From: a virus | DNA length: 64,000 nt | IMG/VR virus record: IMGVR_UViG_3300045988_099631 | Coordinates: 32,001-96,000 of that record | Direction: 5' to 3' (one strand) | Notes under the pieces: model-generated | What the model was told of the DNA's origin: nothing | What the model saw: only the letters and a program-made list of their open reading frames with translations | Databases searched by the model: none | Shown: positions 1-8,505 of the stretch, in pieces | How the letters are laid out: each line of letters begins with the position of its first letter | Position numbering within the stretch: the first letter of the stretch is position 1 | Made by a program: the position numbers and the translations under genes

Positions 1-468
1 CGAAGACGGATTTCTGTAGCCCTTCGAGTCCTCCACGATTGTTTCTCCATCCTTCTCGTAAACGAAATCGGCGATATAAGACACCTTCCGTTCAAGAAGA
101 ATGCGCTTGTCCTTGATTCTCGCTCCATGCTTTCCGTATTGCTCGACGGTTTTATATTGCGCTGGAATCAGGAGGTATTCTTTCTGCCATTCAAGGTTCT
201 GAATAACTCCCTGTTTTTCCAAAAGCACGAGTTCATCGTACCGATCCGCCTCACGCTTGCTGTCGAAGGTCTTGCCTCCGCGAGTAACCTTCTTGTTTCG
301 CAGTTTTGGTGGCTTATCGGTTTTGCCCTTTTTCACAGCTACTTTCCGATTTTCGGCCTTGTCCGAGGACTGTATTGACGCCCTCCGCTGCATTTCTTGT
401 ATGATCTTTTGCTCCGCCTGCCGTCTGTATGGCTCCGGCAAGTCAGATAGGCTAATTCCCTTTCCCAT
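1..468 (-). CDS. DUF1064-type putative Holliday-junction resolvase/nuclease (C-terminal end runs off the window start)
   Basis: Hand translation from ATG at 468 (GAGGA about 8 nt upstream): MGKGISLSDLPEPYRRQAEQ...GKTFDSKREADRYDELVLLEKQGVIQNLEWQ...VSYIADFVYEKDGETIVEDSKG. This fits the FDSK.E..Y..L / ADF.Y / vED.KG pattern of DUF1064. The frame stays open to position 1. Confidence 0.6.
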   Translation of the reverse strand, partial: MGKGISLSDLPEPYRRQAEQKIIQEMQRRASIQSSDKAENRKVAVKKGKTDKPPKLRNKKVTRGGKTFDSKREADRYDELVLLEKQGVIQNLEWQKEYLLIPAQYKTVEQYGKHGARIKDKRILLERKVSYIADFVYEKDGETIVEDSKGYRNPSS

Positions 469-478
469 TGAAAAGTCC

Positions 479-1054
479 TCAAATTGTCAGCTCGTAGTCA
501 TCGCCATCAGCCGCTTCTCCGCCATCCGTTTCCTGTGGTTCTTCTCCCTGCATGGACTGACAAAGTTCCCAAAACGCATCTACGAAGCCGGTGTTGAATG
601 CCCGCATGAATTCTGTCCTGTCGTGCATATATCCTTTTGCCATCGCGTTTGCAAACGCAGTCCAGAGGCAGTCGATCATTTCTTCGCGGTATCCATCGCC
701 CTGAATGGCAATCTGTTCAACCCTCAGTTCAGCCCACGTTTTCTCCTCACCGGCGCTGTTTTTGTATTCTTTGCTTGACCATCTTCCGACGATTAAAACC
801 TGATCGCCCTTCCGAACGCGCTGCGCGATATTGGTTTGAGGAGATTCCCCTAATGCGAGGACGTTCATGAACTTTTTTTCCTCGTATGCTACGCCAAATG
901 TGACCTTTGGCATCGGGGGTTTGTTGTTTGAACCCTTTGTGTATTCGAGCTTTGCGTCCCGCGTAACCTTTCCCCAAATAAGCATGGTTTCGCATGACTG
1001 CCGCTTCGGGTCTTTTGGGTCCTGTGTGACCCCGCCGTTTATGATTGGCCTCAT
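479..1054 (-). CDS. SSB-like OB-fold protein with acidic C-terminal tail
   Basis: 191-aa ORF directly downstream of recT. It has an OB-like core (KGDQVLIVGRWSSKEY...AELRVEQIAI) and an acidic tail (DGDDYELTI). Confidence 0.45.
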   Translation of the reverse strand: MRPIINGGVTQDPKDPKRQSCETMLIWGKVTRDAKLEYTKGSNNKPPMPKVTFGVAYEEKKFMNVLALGESPQTNIAQRVRKGDQVLIVGRWSSKEYKNSAGEEKTWAELRVEQIAIQGDGYREEMIDCLWTAFANAMAKGYMHDRTEFMRAFNTGFVDAFWELCQSMQGEEPQETDGGEAADGDDYELTI

Positions 1055-2091
1055 TATTCACCACCGCCGAAAAAGCCATCGTCCGTGTAGGACGTTCCTA
1101 CTGCTTCCGGCTTGCTTTCGGTTGCTGCCTTTTTCCGCTTGACGGGTTCGGGAGCCTGTACCTCTTCCTGCTTGGCATCATTTCTTCGATCAAGTTCAGC
1201 GCTCACGGCAGTTTCATCGAAGAAGTCATCGTCCGATGCAGCAGTGATAGCAGGAGTTGTCGGAACCGCGCCAGTCACTTCTCCAGTTGACTTGTCAACG
1301 TTGATAATCGGCATATCGGGAATGATGCCTGATTCGGAATCATTGTCCATCGCATAACGAACTTCATTTGAGAGAGGCGCATAGCCAGAGTTCAAAAGGC
1401 TTCGTAGGACTGTTTTCTTGCACATTCTTTCCTGACCGCCGCCAACATCGTACCATGGCGTCGATTTGCGCATCTTTTCTTCCTCTTCCGCCGTCATTTC
1501 ACCAGCGATAAACTGGTCATATTTGTCACGTTTGAACGCCTGCGCGTATTTTTCTGCATGATTCAGGAGTTTTTCCATAGACCAGTATTCACTTCTGAAG
1601 AGTCCGTCCTTCAACTCGAAGTATGCGTAATAGCCGGTGATTTTTGCGCTTTCACGTTCTTCATCCGTGTCGTATACGTTGAAGTCAAACGACGGTTTCC
1701 CAGTTCTGCGGTCACGTCCCTTATATTCACCCTCGCGGATATCGATGCAATCGATATCGTTGTAGACCCCCGTAGAAAGAGCCAGTTGGAGCATGCCTTT
1801 ATAACCAAGGATAAAACTGCACGTCTGTCCATACGGCACAAGATAATATCCCATGCCAAGGGTCAGCCCCATACCTTCACCACGAAGTGCGGCTGCGACG
1901 ATTGTTCCTGGGTCACACATTTTAAGCTGTTCGGATGCGTTGACAGCGGAAATCAGCGTAGATGTGAATCTTGCAGCGACCTTATCGTCTTTCAGCGACT
2001 TCTGAATAAGTCCTTGCATCGCATTGGACGTGATGGCGTTTGAAAACGTCTGCGTCTTTGCAGGCGGCGTAAGTCTAGTTGTTGCGTTCAT
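1054..2091 (-). CDS. recT: RecT-family single-strand annealing recombinase
   Basis: 345 aa. Contains LGMGYYLVPYGQTCSFILGYKGMLQLA and other RecT core motifs. Sits next to a YqaJ-type exonuclease. Confidence 0.85.
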   Translation of the reverse strand: MNATTRLTPPAKTQTFSNAITSNAMQGLIQKSLKDDKVAARFTSTLISAVNASEQLKMCDPGTIVAAALRGEGMGLTLGMGYYLVPYGQTCSFILGYKGMLQLALSTGVYNDIDCIDIREGEYKGRDRRTGKPSFDFNVYDTDEERESAKITGYYAYFELKDGLFRSEYWSMEKLLNHAEKYAQAFKRDKYDQFIAGEMTAEEEEKMRKSTPWYDVGGGQERMCKKTVLRSLLNSGYAPLSNEVRYAMDNDSESGIIPDMPIINVDKSTGEVTGAVPTTPAITAASDDDFFDETAVSAELDRRNDAKQEEVQAPEPVKRKKAATESKPEAVGTSYTDDGFFGGGE

Positions 2092-2112
2092 ATTTCACAT
2101 TCCTTTCGTATA

Positions 2113-3069
2113 TCAGTCTCCGAATTTTGGTACACGGCAGAACCGGATGCCGTTAGCGTTCAGCCAGTCCCGAAGTTTGATTTTCTGTTCATTGGTAACG
2201 TACACTCTGAAATCGAGCACAGAAACCGGTTCCGCTTGCGCGTTTTCCATCCCCTCGACGTGGGAAAGATTTGACGAATTCAGCATTTCTTCCGCCCGGC
2301 GCGCAGTTTCTTCTTCGATTCTCCGTTGTGCGTCCCTTTCGGCCTGCTCGCGCTGTGCCTTTTCCGCAGCAGCTTCGTGCGCCGCAATCGCCTCACGTCT
2401 TGCGCGTTCGGCTGCTTCTTCGGCAGCTCTGCGTGCTTCCCGCTCCTTCTTCAGCCTATTCAGTTCTCCGCCGCGCCGCATGGCCGCTCCAAGGTCAAGC
2501 GTTTTCTGATATTCCAGAAAGATTTCACTCTCAAACTCTCCGCCAGCTTCTGTGATGGTTGCAACGTTCTCTGCAATGGTGCTCACAGTTTGCTGGATGT
2601 CCGCTTTTGCCGTTTCCATGTCATAAGTGACATTCATCCAGCGCGGGTTTTCAATCCGTTCAAATTGAAGCCACGCTTGCTGATTGAGCGATTCAAAGAA
2701 TGCTTTGAGTTCTTCCCGCTTCTCTGTTTTCCGTTTTTCATCAAAAGCCTTGACCTGTACGTCAATGTTCTTCGCAGCCTCGTCGCACATACCGGACAGT
2801 TCTTTCATTTTCGCCTCGAAGTCGTTGTACGGCTCCAGATAGCGTTTCTTGATTGCGATTCGCTGTTCTGATATGGTCTTTGACAGTTTTGAAATTTTGG
2901 CTTTATCAGCCTTTGCCGCTCCAATTTCGTCTTCGGTGACGACCATGCTCTTGTAAGATGCAAGATTCTCGGTCAGCCATGTTTTCACTTCCTCGAAGTT
3001 GAATGCGATACTCTGTGGAAGTGCTTTGTCGAGGTCGGTTATCATCCTGATTTCCGTTGTTTCCATCAA
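2113..3069 (-). CDS. DUF1351-like phage protein (coiled coil)
   Basis: 318 aa. The N-terminus (LPQSIAFNFEEVKTWL...YKSMVVTEDEIGAAKADKAKISKL) and an E/R/A-rich coiled coil are typical of DUF1351 proteins found beside RecT. Confidence 0.55.
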   Translation of the reverse strand: MMETTEIRMITDLDKALPQSIAFNFEEVKTWLTENLASYKSMVVTEDEIGAAKADKAKISKLSKTISEQRIAIKKRYLEPYNDFEAKMKELSGMCDEAAKNIDVQVKAFDEKRKTEKREELKAFFESLNQQAWLQFERIENPRWMNVTYDMETAKADIQQTVSTIAENVATITEAGGEFESEIFLEYQKTLDLGAAMRRGGELNRLKKEREARRAAEEAAERARREAIAAHEAAAEKAQREQAERDAQRRIEEETARRAEEMLNSSNLSHVEGMENAQAEPVSVLDFRVYVTNEQKIKLRDWLNANGIRFCRVPKFGD

Positions 3070-3317
3070 GCGTTCACCTCCGGCATGTCGTATTCCGTAA
3101 TGCGCTTCAATGGGAAGTAATCAGGATTGACGGCAATTCGCGGCACATTCACCGCCACGACTATTGCTCTGTTCTTTCCCTTTCCAGCCGGCACAAGCAC
3201 ACGATCTCCAACGTTCAGTGCCATGTCTGTTTCATAGCTGTACCCGCGTCCGACGTATGCTTTCGCACTTTCTCTGTAAAATTTGACTTCAACGATCAAT
3301 GTGTTCCTTCCTTTCAT
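3066..3317 (-). CDS. hypothetical protein
   Basis: Start trimmed to the ATG at 3317, which forms an ATGA overlap with the exonuclease stop. 83 aa. Confidence 0.4.
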   Translation of the reverse strand: MKGRNTLIVEVKFYRESAKAYVGRGYSYETDMALNVGDRVLVPAGKGKNRAIVVAVNVPRIAVNPDYFPLKRITEYDMPEVNA

Positions 3318-3961
3318 ATTCTCAAAGTCATCGGCGGCATCTGCCGCTTTTGGATGTACCCCCAGAACGTATCTGCTTTGTCCAGCAGCCATGCGAGGTC
3401 TTCTTCGCACTCTGCCCGTTCGATTCGGCGTGTTCGTATTGACCAGTCACCACGGATGTCCTGAAGCGCGGCAAACAGATCAACAAAATCCCATCCAGTA
3501 GCCAATAGCTGCCATTGCGTTTGGGCGAGGTAGTAAATCGGCACATTTCCGTCCGCCCACTTTTCGTAGTCAACTTTCTTCATGGTCTGACCGGTTTTGA
3601 TTTCAAGGATGCCGTGCCGACCGTTTTCGTCGGTAAGTTCTCCGTCAAGGGTCGCCGTCAGCCAGGGCCGCTCACTCTGAGCCAGAATGTCGTATGGGAA
3701 GTGCTCAACCTGCATTTGCGGATTCATGGCTACATACAACTCCCGAAGCGCTGGCTCCATCCGAACGCCGCGTTCAACCGCAGCATTCGCGGATATGTCC
3801 TTTTGCTTTTTTTGCCCCGTTTTTATTTTCCAGAGTTCCACTGGCGACATCCAAGGAGATAGCCCGCATACTGCCGCAGCATCCGAGCCGCCGATTCCGA
3901 GTTCCTGCCGGCCTTCCAGCCAGCTTTCCCGGTCTTCAAAATGTTTCCGGATTAGGCTCAT
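3314..3961 (-). CDS. YqaJ-type viral recombinase exonuclease
   Basis: 215 aa. GIGGSDAAAVCGLSPWMSPVELW plus a PD-(D/E)xK-like core (DGELTDENGRHGILEIKT). Paired with recT. Confidence 0.8.
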   Translation of the reverse strand: MSLIRKHFEDRESWLEGRQELGIGGSDAAAVCGLSPWMSPVELWKIKTGQKKQKDISANAAVERGVRMEPALRELYVAMNPQMQVEHFPYDILAQSERPWLTATLDGELTDENGRHGILEIKTGQTMKKVDYEKWADGNVPIYYLAQTQWQLLATGWDFVDLFAALQDIRGDWSIRTRRIERAECEEDLAWLLDKADTFWGYIQKRQMPPMTLRI

Positions 3962-4179
3962 GGCTTCACCGCCTGATTCATGTCTTCCCAGGGAATATGC
4001 GCCCTCATGGAAATCATCTGTAATTCTCCGAGCGTAAACTGTCGAGGGTCGTTTATCTTTTTGCGTGCAGTTGGTACAGATCTACCAATCATTTCCGCGA
4101 CCTTCGATACAGGCGCATATCCTCTTATCAAACGAGTGACCCTTATGAAGTCAGGCTCTTTCTTCTTCAAGCGTGGCAT
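3958..4179 (-). CDS. hypothetical small protein (possible HTH)
   Basis: 73-aa ORF overlapping its neighbours at start and stop. Confidence 0.4.
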   Translation of the reverse strand: MPRLKKKEPDFIRVTRLIRGYAPVSKVAEMIGRSVPTARKKINDPRQFTLGELQMISMRAHIPWEDMNQAVKP

Positions 4180-4307
4180 ATTTCCTCCTTGCGCTGCGTG
4201 TGCGCCAAAAACTCCTTATGGTGTTGAACTCCGGCGCATTCGGCGATGACTTCCGATGTCGTGAACGAGTCTTCTTTGTTTGGTGCCAAGAATACGAGAC
4301 TGTCCAT
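4170..4307 (-). CDS. hypothetical small protein (45 aa, below the ORF-track cutoff)
   Basis: Hand-found ORF MDSLVFLAPNKEDSFTTSEVIAECAGVQHHKEFL... with a GGTGGAG RBS. Its stop overlaps the next start. Confidence 0.35.
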
Positions 4308-4318
4308 ATGTCTCCACC

Positions 4319-4582
4319 TCACAGTTCGATCTTGAGAACCTTTGCAATAGCCTTCGCCACATTTTCAGACTCTCTGGCACCGGCCATAAACGCATCAATC
4401 GTTTGCCTTTTATAGCCGGTCAGTTTCCCCAAATCCTCGTTCGTCAGTTTCCGTATCCGCTTCTGCTTTACGATTTCCGCTTTGAAAAGTTCGTAAATAG
4501 TTACACCCCCTAAGAAATTCACATAAAATTCATGATTTTCTCGTAAAGTAGGCTTGACAAATGCGGGCAAAAAAATTATCAT
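4319..4582 (-). CDS. Cro-like XRE-family HTH regulator (true start probably near 4500)
   Basis: HTH segment RIRKLTNEDLGKLTGYKRQTIDAFMAG. Divergent from the cI-like gene. There is a GGGGGTG SD near 4505 but no clean ATG after it. Confidence 0.6.
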   Translation of the reverse strand: MIIFLPAFVKPTLRENHEFYVNFLGGVTIYELFKAEIVKQKRIRKLTNEDLGKLTGYKRQTIDAFMAGARESENVAKAIAKVLKIEL

Positions 4583-4660
4583 GCTAGTGTCAAATCACAT
4601 GAAACAGGTGCCGTCTTTTGGTTTCTCATCCCCAAAAGGCTTGGTTTTTTATTGCCTTTC

Positions 4661-4690
4661 TTGTCAACTTTGCTTTACAGGGCATACTAT
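4661..4690 (+). promoter_or_regulatory. sigma-A-like promoter for the cI-like gene (TTGTCA-18-TACTAT)
   Basis: Hexamers read at 4661-4666 and 4685-4690, abutting operator 1. Confidence 0.4.
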
Positions 4691-4714
4691 ATCACATGTT
4701 TTATGTGATTTCAA
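4686..4714 (-). promoter_or_regulatory. sigma-A-like promoter for the cro-like gene (TTGAAA-17-TATAGT)
   Basis: The reverse complement of 4709-4714 and 4686-4691 gives TTGAAA and TATAGT. The spacer is operator 1. Confidence 0.45.
4691..4709. promoter_or_regulatory. operator 1: perfect palindrome ATCACATgttttATGTGAT
   Basis: 7-bp inverted arms separated by 5 nt, lying in the cI/cro intergenic region. Confidence 0.7.
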
Positions 4715-4719
4715 GTAAT

Positions 4720-4738
4720 ATCACATGTTTTATGTGAT
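4720..4738. promoter_or_regulatory. operator 2: identical palindrome ATCACATgttttATGTGAT
   Basis: Exact second copy 29 bp from the first. A half-site AATCACATG also occurs near 4594. Confidence 0.7.
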
Positions 4739-4771
4739 TTTGTATGTCTGCACAAATCTGGAGGTATATTT

Positions 4772-5173
4772 ATGTCTAAAGAGCCAAATATCAAAAGCAG
4801 TTCAGAGGACGAGGTGCTTGAACGCATTCTTTTCCTAATCGGTGACAAGCACGGAGGGGCATTGGAGCTTCTGCGTGCAATCGACGTAAAAGCAAAAAAC
4901 GTGGTAACAGAGTGGAAAGCAGGAAGGTCGAAATCGTACATGAAATACCTTCCGAAGATTGCAGCTTTCTATGGCGTTTCAGCTGACTGGCTTTTGACAG
5001 GCAAGTCCTTTGTTTCTCCTGATGTGCAAAAAAATAGCCCCGGCACCACAAATGATGCCGAGGTTGACGAGCTTGTCTCTTTATTCAATCAGATGTCTGA
5101 ATCCAATCGTTCCAAATTTCTTGAGCTTGGTCGCACCTTTGTAGACGAGCAACGCAAAACCGAAGGAATCTGA
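4772..5173 (+). CDS. CI-like XRE-family repressor
   Basis: 133 aa. HTH segment (KSYMKYLPKIAAFYGVSADWLLTGK). GGAGGT RBS. Divergent from the cro-like gene. Confidence 0.7.
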   Translation: MSKEPNIKSSSEDEVLERILFLIGDKHGGALELLRAIDVKAKNVVTEWKAGRSKSYMKYLPKIAAFYGVSADWLLTGKSFVSPDVQKNSPGTTNDAEVDELVSLFNQMSESNRSKFLELGRTFVDEQRKTEGI

Positions 5174-5303
5174 AGAGTTCTTCTTTATTGTCAGTTTTCC
5201 GCAAGAGATTCTTGGATTCTTTGTCAAGATTGATTGTGTTCTGTACTTTTTTAATTCCATGGAGGTTATTTATTTGGGAAACAATATCAATGAGCGCGAT
5301 CAA
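5085..5303 (-). CDS. possible third member of a small-protein family, antisense to the 3' end of the cI-like gene (TTG start, no clear RBS)
   Basis: The C-terminal 40 aa (EELFRFLRFCVARLQRCDQAQEIWNDWI) align with the ORFs at 32500-32691 and 45053-45217. Confidence 0.3.
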   Translation of the reverse strand: MIALIDIVSQINNLHGIKKVQNTINLDKESKNLLRKTDNKEELFRFLRFCVARLQRCDQAQEIWNDWIQTSD

Positions 5304-5462
5304 GCAGTGCTGGACGCGCTTGATGAAAACATCAAGATTGCTCCAAGCATCGGAGTCTGTGCAGATACTTTTTATGCTTTAAAGCAGGAATTTCTTCGTG
5401 TCATGAAGGAACGTAATGATGCCTTGGAGAAATTGCAGGAGGCATCCCATCATGAAGTGTAA
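5259..5462 (+). CDS. hypothetical protein upstream of the integrase (excisionase role not supported)
   Basis: 67-aa ORF with a GGAGG RBS. It overlaps the integrase start. Confidence 0.35.
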   Translation: MEVIYLGNNINERDQAVLDALDENIKIAPSIGVCADTFYALKQEFLRVMKERNDALEKLQEASHHEV

Positions 5463-6582
5463 ATCCTGTGGCCGTGAAATTGAAGTCAACTCTATGTTCT
5501 GCAACTGGTGTGGAGAAAAACAGATAAAGGAACGGAAGAAAAAGGATGAAATAAAAATACCATCTCCAAGAAAGTTGGCAAGTGGGAACTACCGCATTTA
5601 CCTTGATGCAGAGAAGCAGAGTATCACCGAGCCAACAAAAGCGCTCTGCGTAGCAAGAGCAAAAGCGATTCGGGCTGGTTTCATTGAACAAAAGAAGCAC
5701 TCCACTCGACTGACAGTTGGGGACGCCATTGACAAGATGATTGCTGAACGTGGACCTTCACTTTCCCCTTCAACCCGCCGCAACTATATATCGTATAGGA
5801 AAAACCATTTTCTCAACTTTATGAGTCGAGACATCTCTGGCATTTCAAAGAGCGAGTGGCAGATAGCCATTGGTGAAGAATTGGAAGATTGCGCACCTAA
5901 AACCGTTTGTAATGTATGGGCACTTATTACTGCCACAATGAATTATCTGGATGTTGACGTGCCCACTGTGACTCTCCCGGCATTCAAAAAAGGTGGCCTT
6001 CCGACTCTCGATTTTGAGCAGATTTTGGTCTTTGTTAAGGCTATTCGTGGAAAGCCTATTGAACTTGGTGCCCTTTTAGCGTTGCATTCTTTGCGCCGTT
6101 CTGAAATTATGGCTATTACCCATGACGATTTTCATTTTGATATTAAAGGTTCCGAATATATTTCAGTTGCTGGAGCAATCGTTTATGATGAAAACGGGAA
6201 ACTCGTTCGCAAAGACACTAACAAATCTGAGAAATCTACACGCCCTGTTCCAGTCCTCATTCCAAGGCTTCTTGAAATCATTCCGGATAACGATCCAATA
6301 ATTGATTGCTACCCTAATACGCTTACTCGTAGGATCAATAGCGTTTGTGCAGAAAACACTCTGCCACAGGTTGGTGTTCATGGACTGCGTCGTTCTTTCT
6401 GTTCCCTTGCCTACCATCTCGGTTGGAGTGAGGAGCGCACCATGCGTGTCGGCGGCTGGAATGACATTAAAGTCGTTCATGAGTGTTACCTTCAAGAATC
6501 TGCAAAGGACAAGAATGCTGCGACCGACAAGATGCGACGATTTTATCTTGGTAACTTGATTGAAGACGACCCCAATAAATAG
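5452..6582 (+). CDS. int: tyrosine integrase 1 with N-terminal zinc ribbon
   Basis: AGGAGG RBS before MKCKSCGREIEVNSMFCNWCGEKQ. C-terminal catalytic region HSLRRS...HGLRRSF...GGWNDIKVVHECYL. Confidence 0.85.
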   Translation: MKCKSCGREIEVNSMFCNWCGEKQIKERKKKDEIKIPSPRKLASGNYRIYLDAEKQSITEPTKALCVARAKAIRAGFIEQKKHSTRLTVGDAIDKMIAERGPSLSPSTRRNYISYRKNHFLNFMSRDISGISKSEWQIAIGEELEDCAPKTVCNVWALITATMNYLDVDVPTVTLPAFKKGGLPTLDFEQILVFVKAIRGKPIELGALLALHSLRRSEIMAITHDDFHFDIKGSEYISVAGAIVYDENGKLVRKDTNKSEKSTRPVPVLIPRLLEIIPDNDPIIDCYPNTLTRRINSVCAENTLPQVGVHGLRRSFCSLAYHLGWSEERTMRVGGWNDIKVVHECYLQESAKDKNAATDKMRRFYLGNLIEDDPNK

Positions 6583-6601
6583 ATGCACGCAAAAAGCTGG
6601 C

Positions 6602-6852
6602 AAAATCGGCACAGATTTCTGCACGCTAATTTTTTTCTCATATATATATAACGATTTGCTATGTTGGTAGGGGGTTCGAATCCCGACACTCCGACCAAAT
6701 AAGGAAGCTCGTAATCTTCAATGATTACGGGCTTTTCTTTGTGTGCCAACGGTTTGCGGTCTTTTTCCTTGCAAGCAGTTTTTCATTTACTTGCATTGGT
6801 TTTTTAGTTCTGTAAGCGTTTTTTGCCTCAAAATCGGCACGAAAATCGGCAC
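6602..6852 (+). other. attP-like region: core flanked by three AAAATCGGCAC arm-type repeats (6602-6612, 6830-6840, 6842-6852)
   Basis: The same 11-mer lies on both sides of the tRNA-derived core, immediately 3' of int. Confidence 0.55.
6672..6697 (+). other. tRNA 3'-end fragment (T-loop, 3' T-stem, acceptor and ACCA) = att core
   Basis: The sequence is GGGTTCGAATCCCGACACTCCGACCA. The upstream sequence cannot form the rest of a tRNA. A stem-loop with a T-run follows at about 6710-6745. Confidence 0.6.
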
Positions 6853-6862
6853 GAAATTGAAC

Positions 6863-6893
6863 GCAAAAATGGGACTGCATTAGCAGTCCCATT
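6863..6893 (-). terminator. rho-independent terminator ending the long minus-strand arm
   Basis: AATGGGACTGC atta GCAGTCCCATT followed by TTTTTG on the minus strand. Confidence 0.6.
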
Positions 6894-6896
6894 CAC

Positions 6897-7112
6897 TTAT
6901 TCTGTAGGTGGAATCACCACATCGTAGTCCGTCAACGCCTCTTTCCGAACGTCTTCTTCGTCCTGAAAAACGCCCATTCCGACGAGCTGCCACATGAGGT
7001 CGTGTATTGCTTCTGTGCGAATCACCCGTTTCTTCTCTGCATAGTAGAATTTCGGGATTTCAAAATAGCTCTCGAAAAACGCTGTTACACGTTGAAGGTA
7101 ACTACATTCCAT
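6897..7112 (-). CDS. hypothetical protein
   Basis: 71-aa ORF, last gene of the minus arm. Confidence 0.4.
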   Translation of the reverse strand: MECSYLQRVTAFFESYFEIPKFYYAEKKRVIRTEAIHDLMWQLVGMGVFQDEEDVRKEALTDYDVVIPPTE

Positions 7113-7356
7113 CTATCTTCCCTCCACGAAGCGCGCAAATCAACGACCACTCGCCATCTGGGATGATCTGCATTGTTTTCCCGTATCCGCTGTGAACTTT
7201 GTTGTTGTCGATTGCATCCGGCATCAGAGGTTCGAATACAGTTTGATACTCTGCAAAATCCTCGTTCCACGTTTTCTCAAACGCTTCAAAAAAGAGTTCT
7301 CTCAGGCGTTTGAACTGTCGGCTTCGCTCAAATCCGTCCATTCCCTCCCATTTCAT
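7102..7356 (-). CDS. hypothetical protein
   Basis: 84-aa ORF whose start and stop overlap its neighbours. Confidence 0.4.
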   Translation of the reverse strand: MKWEGMDGFERSRQFKRLRELFFEAFEKTWNEDFAEYQTVFEPLMPDAIDNNKVHSGYGKTMQIIPDGEWSLICALRGGKIDGM

Positions 7357-7961
7357 TTTCCGCTGCTCCCGAAGCCATTGTCTCCGCGTTCTGTCTTTTC
7401 AAGAGATTCGACCTCAACCAGTTCAACACGCTCATATGGAATGATAATCAACTGCGCAATCTTGTCCCCTTCTGAAACGCAGTAAATCTCGTCGCTTGTG
7501 TTTACGAGCGTTACCATGATTTCGCCGGTATATCCCACGTCGATTGTTCCTGAGCATATGATTCCATGATTCCGAAGCAGGCCGCTCTTGGCTCTGATTG
7601 CGCCGAAGTACCCCTTCGGGATTTCGACATGGATGCCGGTGTGGAAAGTGCATCTTCCGCCGGCTGGAATATAATTTCCCTTCGACGCATATAAATCCAT
7701 GCCGGCATCGTCCTGATGCGCATACGTCGGGGTCTTCGCACTTGGTTCTTTCACATAGCGCACACGATTGTCCTCAAATTTTGCGGTTTCAAGAAATCTC
7801 GCCGCAAGCTGTTCTTGAATACCGTGCATGTCTTCGTGCTGCTGCATGAGCGCGCCCTGCAAGAATCCGCGCCAGTACGCGCATCCAGTTCCATTTTGGT
7901 TTGCTTCTGCATCAATTTGTTTCATTGCCGTTTCGACCACTGTTATTTTGTCTTTTTGCAT
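7353..7961 (-). CDS. dut: dUTPase with about 60-aa N-terminal extension
   Basis: DDAGMDLYA, GYTGEIMVTLVN and GDKIAQLIIIPY motifs. Start set at the TAATG overlap at 7961. Confidence 0.8.
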   Translation of the reverse strand: MQKDKITVVETAMKQIDAEANQNGTGCAYWRGFLQGALMQQHEDMHGIQEQLAARFLETAKFEDNRVRYVKEPSAKTPTYAHQDDAGMDLYASKGNYIPAGGRCTFHTGIHVEIPKGYFGAIRAKSGLLRNHGIICSGTIDVGYTGEIMVTLVNTSDEIYCVSEGDKIAQLIIIPYERVELVEVESLEKTERGDNGFGSSGK

Positions 7962-8299
7962 TAACGTTTTCCTTTCCCTGCATAGTTGAATTTCTTTATA
8001 TACGGATTCCGTTCCAAGAACGGGGTGAAATTCTTTCCGTATGCTTTTTTCAAGATACGGTCTATCTGTTCCTGCTTGTAATCTGCTTCCACGCGTCCAG
8101 TCCACGCATCCCCATATTCTTGATCGAGTTCCATAACGCGTCTGGCGATTTTTTCTTGCCGTTGTTCTCCAAACCCTTCTTCATAAAGCGCGATAGAAAA
8201 GAAGTCTGCCGCCTTTTGAAAACCGGTGTCAACACCAATGGTCAGTTCAGTTTGCCTTGCAATCGCAAGTTTCTGCGCGTATGTGAGTCCGTTTCCCAT
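7961..8299 (-). CDS. hypothetical protein
   Basis: ORF 7961-8320 trimmed to MGNGLTY. Confidence 0.4.
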   Translation of the reverse strand: MGNGLTYAQKLAIARQTELTIGVDTGFQKAADFFSIALYEEGFGEQRQEKIARRVMELDQEYGDAWTGRVEADYKQEQIDRILKKAYGKNFTPFLERNPYIKKFNYAGKGKR

Positions 8300-8505
8300 T
8301 ACAATCCCTCCGTATAGCATGAGCGGATTTTACTCCCATTCCAGAGTGAGAATTCCACGGTGTAGAATCTTCTCTTTGGATGAACAAAAATGACCTTTCC
8401 GTAGAGCGTCTTCTTTTCACTGTTGAACTGATTTATATTTCGTTCTGGGGCAAAGCTAACGACCTTTTTTACCGTTTGTCCTAACTGTACCATTTTTTCC
8501 TCCAT
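8299..8505 (-). CDS. hypothetical protein
   Basis: 68-aa ORF in the same-strand array. Confidence 0.35.
   Translation of the reverse strand: MEEKMVQLGQTVKKVVSFAPERNINQFNSEKKTLYGKVIFVHPKRRFYTVEFSLWNGSKIRSCYTEGL

Noticed and set aside
6620-6697. A complete tRNA gene next to integrase 1.
   Set aside because: Only the last 26 nt fit a tRNA. The 5' T-stem strand reads GGGGG instead of TCGGG, and no D-arm or anticodon arm can be drawn upstream. It is therefore treated as an att core.
1-6700. Two independent prophages in tandem, with the junction at about 6700.
   Set aside because: Arm-type repeats flank the core on both sides, which is an attP-like arrangement, and no bacterial housekeeping gene appears anywhere in the window. 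This cannot be fully excluded without the flanking sequence, and the presence of two integrases and two SSB-like genes keeps it open.
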